Assembly: GCA_042577045.1 (NCBI GenBank)
Contig: JBHPEK010000002.1
Location: 389 to 64,388, forward strand
Length of the DNA stretch: 64,000 bases
Origin: Patescibacteria group bacterium
Lineage (GTDB): Bacteria > Patescibacteriota > Minisyncoccia > JAHISW01 > Tagabacteraceae
Reading direction: 5' to 3'
Part shown: piece after piece, positions 9,480 to 17,795 of the stretch
Layout: each line of letters begins with the position of its first letter
How positions within the stretch are numbered: the stretch's first letter is position 1
Made by a program: the position numbers and the translations under genes
Notes under the pieces: generated by a model
What the model saw: the letters and a program-made list of their open reading frames with translations, nothing else
Told to the model about the DNA's origin: nothing
Databases searched by the model: none

Positions 9480-10414
9480 GAGAATCATTTTTTAACGGCT
9501 TATATGAAGTAATGAAAAAAGATGAGAGGGTGATTCTTTTAAGCTCTGACACAGGCTTTGGTGTAATGAGCCACATTCGGGAAGAATTTCCTGATCGTTG
9601 GTACAATGTAGGGATTGCTGAGCAGAATATGATTGGAATGGCTGCCGGTTTAGCTCTCTGCGGGAAAATTGTCTACGTTTATGCCATTTGTCCTTTTGTA
9701 ACCTTGCGTTGCATAGAGCAGATTAGGGTAGACGTTTGTATCCAAAATCTTAATGTCAATATGGTTGGAGTTGGAGCTGGGTATGATTATGGCACCCTAG
9801 GTGCAACTCATCACGCTTGTGAGGACATTGCGAGCATGAGACTTATGCCCAATATGACTATTCTCAATGCCTCCGATAGTGTTTCTGCTCAATCTTTTGC
9901 TGAATTATCTTACGATACTCCCGGGCCTGTTTATGTTAGGTTTGAACGATATGCGGGAGACGATCTCTATGACAAGAAACAGGCTTTTTTGGGTGGGCTT
10001 AGCACATTAAAGTCTGGTGATGGTGGAACGGTTATAATTTCTGGTGGTAAATTAGTTCATAAAGCGCTTGAAGTTGCCGAAAATCTTTTGGAACATCAGA
10101 TAGGTGCCACAGTAATAGATCTTTACAGAATCAAGCCCTTGAATGTGGAGCTCTTGTTAAGAATACTGTGTCGTGTCAAGAATGTCGTGACCATAGAGGA
10201 ACATAGCATTGTTGGAGGTCTTGGTAGTTCCATAGCCGAATTAATCGTTGATACTGGTTTAGAATGTTCGGTTAAGAGAATTGCTTTGCCGGATGCTTTT
10301 CTTAGAGAATATGGTGATAGAGAATGCCTTCACGAGCTAGTGGGCTTGGATGTTAAGACAATGACGAGCCAGATACTCGTTTGGTTAAGGAATATTCATG
10401 GCGAAGATGTTTGA
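9476..10414 (+). CDS. Transketolase, C-terminal (pyrimidine-binding) subunit.
   Basis: YNVGIAEQNMIGMAAGLALCGK and GATHHACEDIASMRLMPNMT motifs. Start overlaps the N-subunit stop (ATGA). Confidence 0.8.
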   Translation: MRESFFNGLYEVMKKDERVILLSSDTGFGVMSHIREEFPDRWYNVGIAEQNMIGMAAGLALCGKIVYVYAICPFVTLRCIEQIRVDVCIQNLNVNMVGVGAGYDYGTLGATHHACEDIASMRLMPNMTILNASDSVSAQSFAELSYDTPGPVYVRFERYAGDDLYDKKQAFLGGLSTLKSGDGGTVIISGGKLVHKALEVAENLLEHQIGATVIDLYRIKPLNVELLLRILCRVKNVVTIEEHSIVGGLGSSIAELIVDTGLECSVKRIALPDAFLREYGDRECLHELVGLDVKTMTSQILVWLRNIHGEDV

Positions 10415-11324
10415 TAGAAGCAGAATAAAAACAAATCCTCTAGAATCAAGAGAGAACAAGCATTTTGTAAAAGATTTTTTTTCTTTAGATTATGAACCGC
10501 CAGAGTATACTAATAAAGATTTAGATATTCTGGCAGATAGGATTGTTTCAGCTAGAGTAAAAGACAAACCCGTCATTTGGATGATGGGAGCCCATCTTAT
10601 TAGAAGAGGAAACTCTCTCTTTGTTATTGATTTAATTAAGAAGGGTGTAATAACTCACATTGCCACCAATGGTGCTTGCGCTATTCATGATTTTGAATTT
10701 GCTTATATGAATGCGACTTGTGAAGATGTAGAGCGCTATGTAAAAGACGGTCAGTTTGGAAACTGGGAAGAAACAGGCCGATTGATTAATAACGCTGTGA
10801 GTGATGGATATAGATATGGTTTGGGTTTTGGAGAATCTGTTGGAAATATGATTAATCTCAGCACCAAACATAGAGATATTAGTGTTTTTGCTTATGCATG
10901 TATGAAAGGTATCCCAATTACAGTTCACAAATCTATCGGACAAGATATTACCGATCAACATCCTAGTGCCGATTATGAAGCCCTCGGCGGAGCTTCTGGA
11001 AGAGACTTCTTGATCTTTGCAGAAACTATTTCTAAGCTGGAAGGCGGGGGAGTGTTTTTAAATCTTGGTACTCAAGTAATGGGCCCCGAGGTTTACCTCA
11101 AGGCACTTTCTATGGCCAGAAATGTTGCCAATCAAAACGGTTGGAAAATAACAGACTTTATAACTGCTGTTTTTGATATTCGTGAAGATCCTGATTATTT
11201 TTTTCGTCCCAAGAAAACAATTCTTGAAAGAACTGTTAAAGACGGCGGAGAAAGTTTCTATATCCAAGGAGATTTTGCTTTGACAACACCTCATTTATAT
11301 AGAAAAATAGTGGAAAAACTATAA
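10398..11324 (+). CDS. Deoxyhypusine synthase-like (DHS family) NAD-binding protein.
   Basis: The block VIDLIKKGVITHIATNGACAIHDFEFAY matches the DHS core pattern (LIK-G--D-I-TT-GA-IEHD). MMGAHLIRRG resembles the DHS SSGLR region. Length about 308 aa. Confidence 0.45.
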   Translation: MAKMFDRSRIKTNPLESRENKHFVKDFFSLDYEPPEYTNKDLDILADRIVSARVKDKPVIWMMGAHLIRRGNSLFVIDLIKKGVITHIATNGACAIHDFEFAYMNATCEDVERYVKDGQFGNWEETGRLINNAVSDGYRYGLGFGESVGNMINLSTKHRDISVFAYACMKGIPITVHKSIGQDITDQHPSADYEALGGASGRDFLIFAETISKLEGGGVFLNLGTQVMGPEVYLKALSMARNVANQNGWKITDFITAVFDIREDPDYFFRPKKTILERTVKDGGESFYIQGDFALTTPHLYRKIVEKL

Positions 11325-11343
11325 ATAACACAACGAGTTTAAT

Positions 11344-11380
11344 AAAGAGTCAACATTGTTTGGCTCTTTTTTTGATGTTA
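11344..11380 (+). repeat. Copy 1 of a 37-nt intergenic element (AAAGAGTCAACATTGTTTGGCTCTTTTTTTGATGTTA). Terminator-like hairpin plus T-run.
   Basis: Identical to 22391..22427. Both copies are preceded by CACAACGA and followed 40-50 nt later by (A)AGGAGG and a start codon. Confidence 0.7.
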
Positions 11381-11426
11381 CTCTGATGTCAAATGTTTTT
11401 TTTGAAAATAGAATAAGGAGGAAAAA

Positions 11427-12530
11427 ATGACAATTGCCGAAGATACAACCAGCAGACAAATGGATAGCGGAAGTAAGATATTACACCACGAAGATTGGTT
11501 GGAAAAATGGAAAAAAGATCCACTCTCGGTCTACCCTATTTATGTTGAAGCAACACCTGTAGGATATTGTAATCACCGTTGTGTTTTTTGCGCTTTTGAC
11601 TATATTGGGTACAAGAACATATCATTATCCGGTGATGTCTTAAAAAAAGTAGCAAAAGAAATGGCCGAAGGTGGAGTAAAAGCTATTCAATATGCCGGAG
11701 AGGGCGAGCCACTTCTTCACCCTGAAATAGCAGATATTATTCGCTATACCGCTGATCTAGGAATAGAGGTATCAATGCTTACCAATGGAGTCCTTCTTCG
11801 TGAAAAGTTTGTGAACAAAACAATTAAATCACTTTTGTGGTTTCAGGTGAGCTTAGATGCTGGCACAAAAGAAACCCATTCCAAAATCCATCAAACTTCG
11901 GAAAAAGATTTCGGTACAATTCTTAAGAATTTGTCTTATGCTGTCAAAGAGAGAAACAGACAAAAATCTTCTTGTGATATCGGTGTTCAATTTATTATAT
12001 TACCAGGCAACTTCAAAGAATTGGTAAGGGCTGTTGAAGTGATGAAAGAGACAGGTGTGGATTATATAACAATAAAACCATATTCACACCACTTGCTTAG
12101 CTTACACAGCAAAGAAGAGGTGCTTAAGGAAGGGTTTAATTATACAGACTTGCTGTATTTGGAAAATGATGTGAAAAAAATAGCTGGAACAGATTTGGCA
12201 GTAGATTTTAGAACTGCAGCTATGGACGAGATAGAAACAGAAAGAAACTATAACAGATGTTATGCCACCCCAACGGCCTGGGCGTATATCAGTGCCGATG
12301 GGTCGGTTTATAGTTGTAGCGCTTTTTTGGGAGATGATAGATTTAATGTGGGAAATATTAACGATAATTCCTTTAGCGAAATTTGGATGAGCGAGAAAAG
12401 AAAAAAACATCTGGAAATGATGAAAGGTTTTGACATAAACTCAAACTGTAGAAGGATTTGTAGGATGAATAGAACCAATAGAACTTTGTTTTCTTTGCGA
12501 AATCCACCTTCTAGAGTAAATTTTATCTGA
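11427..12530 (+). CDS. Radical SAM protein with a C-terminal SPASM/twitch Cys cluster. Paralog of 20739..21806.
   Basis: CNHRCVFC (CxxxCxxC). C-terminal Cys-rich region CYATPTAWAYISADGSVYSCSAF...CRRICR. The leader GAAAATAGAATAAGGAGG is shared with the 20739 gene. Confidence 0.7.
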   Translation: MTIAEDTTSRQMDSGSKILHHEDWLEKWKKDPLSVYPIYVEATPVGYCNHRCVFCAFDYIGYKNISLSGDVLKKVAKEMAEGGVKAIQYAGEGEPLLHPEIADIIRYTADLGIEVSMLTNGVLLREKFVNKTIKSLLWFQVSLDAGTKETHSKIHQTSEKDFGTILKNLSYAVKERNRQKSSCDIGVQFIILPGNFKELVRAVEVMKETGVDYITIKPYSHHLLSLHSKEEVLKEGFNYTDLLYLENDVKKIAGTDLAVDFRTAAMDEIETERNYNRCYATPTAWAYISADGSVYSCSAFLGDDRFNVGNINDNSFSEIWMSEKRKKHLEMMKGFDINSNCRRICRMNRTNRTLFSLRNPPSRVNFI

Positions 12531-12542
12531 GGAGAGGCTTAA

Positions 12543-13442
12543 ATGAAATACAGAAAACTTGGAAGAACCAATTTACAAGTATCTGAACTTGGTTTTGGGG
12601 CTTGGGCTATTGGTGGGGCTTTGAAACTCGGTGAACAAAGTTTAAGTTATGGCCAAACTAGCAATAAGGAATCGCTAAGAGCATTGAGAGTAGCTATGGA
12701 CAATGGTATCAACTTTTTTGATACGGCAGATATATATGGTGATGGTTTGAGTGAACAATTGATTGGGCAGGCAATAAAAGGGAGACGAGGTGAAGTTGTT
12801 GTCGCCACTAAAGTTGGCAATGTGGTCAAAAGAGATGAGCTTCGGTTTGATTTATCATATAGTCATATCGTAGAAGCTTGCGAGAAAAGTCTAAAGCGAT
12901 TAGGAACCGACTATATTGATCTTTATCAACTACATTTTCCACCAGAATCTGATGAATATCTCGAGGCGCTGGGAGAACTGAAAAAGGAAGGCAAGATAAG
13001 ATTCGCTGGGGTAAGCATTGCGCATCAATTTGATAAAGCGAAACAGTTTATGGAAAGTGAAGTGATAGACACACTTCTTCTGTATTACAATCTGTTACTT
13101 AGAACTGCTGAAGATGTTGTACTGAATCATGCGAGAAGGCATAATATCGGGATTATAGTTGCCTCTCCATTGTCTCGTGGTCTTTTGACAGGTAAATTTG
13201 GCAAGAATATAAATTTTTCGGCAGAAGATGTTCGGTCAAGGTGGAACGATGGAGAAAAGGACAGAGATTGGTTTTTGGAACAACTGGAGGCAGTTGCAAA
13301 AATCAAGAGTAAACTAACAGTAAACAACGAAAGGTTAACAAATTTTTCTTTAAATTTTCCACTTTGGCACCCTGCTGTTTCAACGGTTATTGCCGGAATG
13401 AAAAACGAGGAACAATTGTTACAAAATTTAAAATCTTTTTAA
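12543..13442 (+). CDS. Aldo/keto reductase family oxidoreductase.
   Basis: LGFGAWAIGG, FFDTADIYGDGLSEQLIG, IDLYQLH and IVASPLSRGLLTGK motifs. Confidence 0.8.
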   Translation: MKYRKLGRTNLQVSELGFGAWAIGGALKLGEQSLSYGQTSNKESLRALRVAMDNGINFFDTADIYGDGLSEQLIGQAIKGRRGEVVVATKVGNVVKRDELRFDLSYSHIVEACEKSLKRLGTDYIDLYQLHFPPESDEYLEALGELKKEGKIRFAGVSIAHQFDKAKQFMESEVIDTLLLYYNLLLRTAEDVVLNHARRHNIGIIVASPLSRGLLTGKFGKNINFSAEDVRSRWNDGEKDRDWFLEQLEAVAKIKSKLTVNNERLTNFSLNFPLWHPAVSTVIAGMKNEEQLLQNLKSF

Positions 13443-13445
13443 GTA

Positions 13446-13476
13446 AAATACCACTTCATATGAAGTGGTATTTTTT
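13446..13476. terminator. Bidirectional intrinsic terminator between convergent genes.
   Basis: Perfect 10-bp stem TACCACTTCA/TGAAGTGGTA flanked by an A-run and a T-run. Confidence 0.6.
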
Positions 13477-13485
13477 AATAAATAG

Positions 13486-15051
13486 TTAACGATTTTTGGG
13501 TGCAGGATATGTTATGTTTTTTTGCTTTCCTTTCATTATGGTTCTAAAAAACTCAATAAAAAGCCCTCTCACAAAATCTTTTAATCCTCTAATGGGATTT
13601 TTTATTTTAATGGGATAAATAAATTTTTTGAGGGTATATACTTTTACCAGATAAAAGAATATAAAAAAAACTGATTCAAAAAAACGTCCACGCCGGTAAA
13701 TGACGTGTTTTTTTATGAATGGAGCAAGCCAAGGTTGCCAAACAGCAAGTCCAGAAAGATAAAGAATATTTTTTTGGATATCTTTTTCTTTTTCAGAAAA
13801 GCAATTTAATGGGGATTTTCCCAGAATGGACTCACCAAAATCGTCTACTTCCATTTTGAAATATCCTTCATCTTCGCACTGTTTGCCAAGTTTAGTGCCG
13901 GGATAGGGTACTAGAATTGTTCGACTAGAAAACTTCACTCCTGCGGCAATTTCCAGATTAATAGTTTCTTCATCTGCCTTTATTATATCTTCAGTTTTTA
14001 TTGATCCTGTGGGTGGTAGCCCCAAAATCATATTATTAAAAACATTAATGCCATAATGTTTCAGTAATTTGAAATTTTCAACAACCATTTCATTAGAAAA
14101 ATTTTTGCCAATTACCTCTTTTCTTATTTGTTCACTTTCTGAGTCAATTGCAGTATTTACCGAAGTGCAACCTGCCTTTGATAAAAGTTTAGCCGTGTTT
14201 TCGTTAATAGAGTCTACTCGAAGCAAAACATTGAACGGGATACCAACTTTTTGAGGATATTTTTCAGCAAATTCCTCTAGCCAAGGGTCTTTTCCTCCCA
14301 CCACAAAAAGGTCGTCTTCAAATTTTATGAACTCAACTGGCCACCTTTTTTTGAGATCTAAAATTTCATCAATAACATGATCAACAGAATGTCTTCTTAC
14401 ATATTTTCCTAGTCCGCGATAGAGCTCCTTTAAAACAGTTTCAAAACAGTAAGAGCAATTAAATGGACAACCACGCGAGGTTATGAAAGTTTTTAGAGGG
14501 AAGTTGCCAATGCTTAAAGATTTTTCAAAAATGGTATCTCTGTCTGGGAATGGTAAAGAGTCAAGATCTGTAATCAACGGGCGGACGGGATTAGTTGGCC
14601 CATTTGGAAAGCCAAGATTAGCGATATTATAAAGATCTTCGGTTTTTGCCTCGCCGGCAAGTTTGTCTAAAAGTTCTGTGAATGCACCTTCTCCTTCGCC
14701 GATACATATTGCATCAATTGGTTGGTCTTTTACGCAGTTTGGATAAAAAGTAGGATGAGCCCCACCCATAATAGTAAATATATTTGGAAAATATTCTTTT
14801 ACTTTTTTGTTGAAAGAAAAATATTTTTGATGTGTGCCCGTAACAGCGCTATATGCGATAACATCCGGTTTGTAGTCTTCAATTTCTTTAAAAGGATTTT
14901 TGCTATTAGAAAGAATTAAAGCATTGCCATTGTGTCCAGCCTTTTTTGCTACGGCCAGAAGATAGGAAGGCCCCATTGGGTCTATAAAATCTTCGTTATC
15001 AATAATGAACAAAATCTTCAAGCCATTTTTTGAATATTCTTTTTCATGCAT
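13486..15051 (-). CDS. Cobalamin(B12)-binding radical SAM protein.
   Basis: B12-binding region (KPDVIAYSAVTG...IMGGAHPT). RGCPFNCSYC motif. Confidence 0.75.
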   Translation of the reverse strand: MHEKEYSKNGLKILFIIDNEDFIDPMGPSYLLAVAKKAGHNGNALILSNSKNPFKEIEDYKPDVIAYSAVTGTHQKYFSFNKKVKEYFPNIFTIMGGAHPTFYPNCVKDQPIDAICIGEGEGAFTELLDKLAGEAKTEDLYNIANLGFPNGPTNPVRPLITDLDSLPFPDRDTIFEKSLSIGNFPLKTFITSRGCPFNCSYCFETVLKELYRGLGKYVRRHSVDHVIDEILDLKKRWPVEFIKFEDDLFVVGGKDPWLEEFAEKYPQKVGIPFNVLLRVDSINENTAKLLSKAGCTSVNTAIDSESEQIRKEVIGKNFSNEMVVENFKLLKHYGINVFNNMILGLPPTGSIKTEDIIKADEETINLEIAAGVKFSSRTILVPYPGTKLGKQCEDEGYFKMEVDDFGESILGKSPLNCFSEKEKDIQKNILYLSGLAVWQPWLAPFIKKHVIYRRGRFFESVFFIFFYLVKVYTLKKFIYPIKIKNPIRGLKDFVRGLFIEFFRTIMKGKQKNITYPAPKNR

Positions 15052-15124
15052 TTCTTTAATATAGCGTAACTCGTTTCAAATGTAAATTTCTTTTATTTTT
15101 GTGTGTTGGAAGCTCGTTGTGTAT

Positions 15125-15332
15125 CTGTGGGAGATCCAATCTCCCACAGATGAAAATATGAGTTGAAAAACCCGCAAAATAGGGGTAGCATATGGGGGTT
15201 ATGGATAGTAGCTCCTAAACAGTGACAAGCCTTTAAAAAATGGAGGCCTTCATATCCTCCTTTGCCTTTTTCGTCTTGTCACTGTTTAGGGGTTGGTATT
15301 AAGTTTTGGCGCCTCCGCAGAGGCGCTTTTTG
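15125..15332 (+). ncRNA. Candidate structured non-coding element in a GC-rich intergenic region: three hairpins, the last a canonical intrinsic terminator.
   Basis: Hairpin 15125-15149 (CTGTGGGAGAT/ATCTCCCACAG). A 16-bp inverted repeat 15214-15229/15275-15290 (CCTAAACAGTGACAAG) encloses an inner GGAGG/CCTCC stem. Hairpin GCGCCTC-CGCA-GAGGCGC plus TTTTT lies at 15308-15332. Confidence 0.25.
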
Positions 15333-15370
15333 GTTGTCAAAAGGGTTAAAATGGAGGTAGAATTAGGGGT

Positions 15371-16747
15371 ATGAAAAACTTGTGGATTTTATCAGAAGAG
15401 AGGCCCAAACATGAAGTTGTAAAAACAATAATTAAAAAATTTACTTCAGACAAAAGAGTTTCATGTAAAATTAAAGATTTAAAAATTTTACCACTTGTGT
15501 CAGATGGATGTTTCTTGTTTAAGTATGAAGTAACTGGGTTTAAATGTAAGAAAATAGAAAAAATTTTTATAAAATTGGCAAGTGGTGAATCAAGTTTTGT
15601 TGATTTCTTGCTTTTTTACCAAAAACAAGAACCAAGGGATGATTCCGTTCCCAGTTATGCCATAGAAGAAACAAAAACAAGTGACACAGAATCTCGCAAT
15701 ACTGGTGTTTATCAGCGGTGTAGCAAGTTTGTTTTTATTGATTATTATTATCCGAAAATTAAGAAGATAATGTTGCATAATAGTTTATTGCAAAAAAACA
15801 AGAAGCCAACAGAAACCAATATATTTGGTACACGAATGCTACTCACAGACAGGGTAGAAATTATGGGTAGGAAAGTTGATAAAAACACAAAAATCTTTAA
15901 AAATCTTGAAGAGTTAATTCAAGCAAAGAACGCAATGAAAGCTCCCTTCTACGGCTTGCCTATACGTATTAAAAAACAAAAGAACAAAATTTTTATTTCT
16001 GGAAGACTTTACAAATCGAGTGGTATTAATCATGATCCAAATATCGGTGCATTAACCATGATAGCACAAAACATACGCAAGTGGGACAAAAAAAGTAAAA
16101 TTATTATTACTGACCATGGGTTGAAACAAGAGCATGTTGGAAAGAGAAATAAATTTATTCTTATTGCCAATCGATTGAATATTAAATTAGAAGGACTAAC
16201 TATTCCTAAAACAAAAGAACATAAATCATACTGGCATTATGAGACCAAGCAAGAAAAAATCGGCACGATCTTTGTTCATATGAGTATCTTGGCATTTACT
16301 AAGGGGAAAATTATTTACGAAAACCATGGCGGTTGTGAACGAGGATATTTTGTTGGTAAGTCAAATTTGGTTGCTGTCAAAAAATATCAAGACGGTAAAA
16401 GAAGAGATTACAAAAGCGGGAACAAAACAGCAATTATCTATCTTCCCGATATTGTGGTTTGGGATCCGGTAAGGGAGGAAGTTGTTAATGCAGAGGGAAA
16501 AACATATTTGAAAAGGAAAAATGGAATAAAAGAGTTATCTAATTATAATTATTTCGAAAAGAATCTTATAAAGCCAGAGTATAATCCTAAAAGTATAAAA
16601 AGAATCGTTATTACTTTTGGCGGAAAAAAGAACAAAATTCGCGAGAAAAAAATAGGTTTTCATCTCAACGAAAACGGAGGAATTATTATAGGAAAAAATA
16701 CTCCTAAAATTATCACTGAGGCAGTAAATAAACTATTGTCTGCTTAA
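15371..16747 (+). CDS. Hypothetical 458-aa protein, convergent with two Dam-family methyltransferases. Speculative restriction-endonuclease candidate.
   Basis: No recognisable family motif. A possible D-x10-E-T-K (PD-ExK-like) stretch lies at RDDSVPSYAIEETK. Call rests on gene context only. Confidence 0.2.
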   Translation: MKNLWILSEERPKHEVVKTIIKKFTSDKRVSCKIKDLKILPLVSDGCFLFKYEVTGFKCKKIEKIFIKLASGESSFVDFLLFYQKQEPRDDSVPSYAIEETKTSDTESRNTGVYQRCSKFVFIDYYYPKIKKIMLHNSLLQKNKKPTETNIFGTRMLLTDRVEIMGRKVDKNTKIFKNLEELIQAKNAMKAPFYGLPIRIKKQKNKIFISGRLYKSSGINHDPNIGALTMIAQNIRKWDKKSKIIITDHGLKQEHVGKRNKFILIANRLNIKLEGLTIPKTKEHKSYWHYETKQEKIGTIFVHMSILAFTKGKIIYENHGGCERGYFVGKSNLVAVKKYQDGKRRDYKSGNKTAIIYLPDIVVWDPVREEVVNAEGKTYLKRKNGIKELSNYNYFEKNLIKPEYNPKSIKRIVITFGGKKNKIREKKIGFHLNENGGIIIGKNTPKIITEAVNKLLSA

Positions 16748-17794
16748 TAAATATAATTGTTCTCGTATGCGCTTTTTGTGTTGCGAGTCTCCGTTACTAT
16801 TACTTTTGAATCTTAAATAATCAATCTCTTTTAATTTTACATCGCCGTATTTTTTAAGAGTTTTCATTATTTCTTTTTGGGGCATAATTCCTTCAGAATT
16901 ATAGCTTAGCACTAAAGTTTTATATTTTGCCGAGAGAGCTATTTTATCAAGCGCTTCTATTGCTGTTTTTACATTACAAAACTCTGATTTTTGATGACTA
17001 TAATTACGCATTCCAGTCACGCCTTTAATTTCTGGGTTGTCATATTTTGCAACAGTTTCTAGTAGATGATAATTACCTCCATACTGCCTGCTGTTATACG
17101 GAGGGTCGATATACAAAACATCTGTTTCTAAATTATCCAAAAGATGCATGCTGTCTTGGTTATATACCCAGTGTTTTTTGTTTCCTGCATAAATCTTTAT
17201 TGGTTTTAGTTCAAATTTCTTTGTTGCGCGGGGATCATAATTTTTAAGGAAGGCGGCATAAACACCAGAAATATTTGCATAAAACGGCACACTTTCTACC
17301 AACATTGCCAGTAATACAAAATATTCATTTTTACTTATCAATTTTTGTTCGTTCCATTTTTCTATTTGTATTCTTATTGCATCAATTTTTTTTCCATTAT
17401 TACCTGTAAAATATTTTCTTGGATATTCTTGTTTGTTTGTTCCTTCAGGTGTGTAATTTTTATAAATAAAACCACTAACTCCTTTGAGGCTATTTAAATA
17501 TTCTCGCATTTTATCCAATGGAGAAATGAAAAGAGTGGTTCGCGGAATAGTGATTGTTTTTGAAAGTTTTGAAAAGTCAGGTTCCTTGTTGTTTTTTATA
17601 TAAGCTTTTTGAAGGACATAAGAAAAATAAAGTACATCGGAAGAAATAACCTGAAATCCTTTCTCTTTAAAATACCTGCCTACATTACTGGTGCCAGAAA
17701 AAAAATCACAAAATACACCATCTTTTATTTCTGTGGAACAGATAACTTCGTAAATATTCTCTAACAGTTTTTCTTTATTGCCTATAAAACGCAT
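16733..17794 (-). CDS. N6-adenine DNA methyltransferase, D12 class (T4 Dam-like, alpha group).
   Basis: N-terminal FIGNKEKLL and FCDFFSGTSNVG (motif I), then LYIDPPYN (motif IV) about 190 aa later. Confidence 0.75.
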   Translation of the reverse strand: MRFIGNKEKLLENIYEVICSTEIKDGVFCDFFSGTSNVGRYFKEKGFQVISSDVLYFSYVLQKAYIKNNKEPDFSKLSKTITIPRTTLFISPLDKMREYLNSLKGVSGFIYKNYTPEGTNKQEYPRKYFTGNNGKKIDAIRIQIEKWNEQKLISKNEYFVLLAMLVESVPFYANISGVYAAFLKNYDPRATKKFELKPIKIYAGNKKHWVYNQDSMHLLDNLETDVLYIDPPYNSRQYGGNYHLLETVAKYDNPEIKGVTGMRNYSHQKSEFCNVKTAIEALDKIALSAKYKTLVLSYNSEGIMPQKEIMKTLKKYGDVKLKEIDYLRFKSNSNGDSQHKKRIREQLYLLSRQ

Positions 17795-17795
17795 T

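Noticed and set aside
9120-9488. Overlapping ORFs on both strands (99 and 122 aa) inside the transketolase N-subunit gene.
   Set aside because: They are embedded in a well-supported CDS with strong family motifs and have no RBS or start context. Spurious.
15125-15149. CTGT...ACAG palindrome considered as a LexA/SOS box for the LexA-fusion island.
   Set aside because: Spacing is CTGT-N17-ACAG, not the N8 of canonical boxes, and it lies about 4 kb from the lexA-dam start. A plain hairpin is more likely. No canonical SOS or Cheo box was seen at 19305-19456 either.
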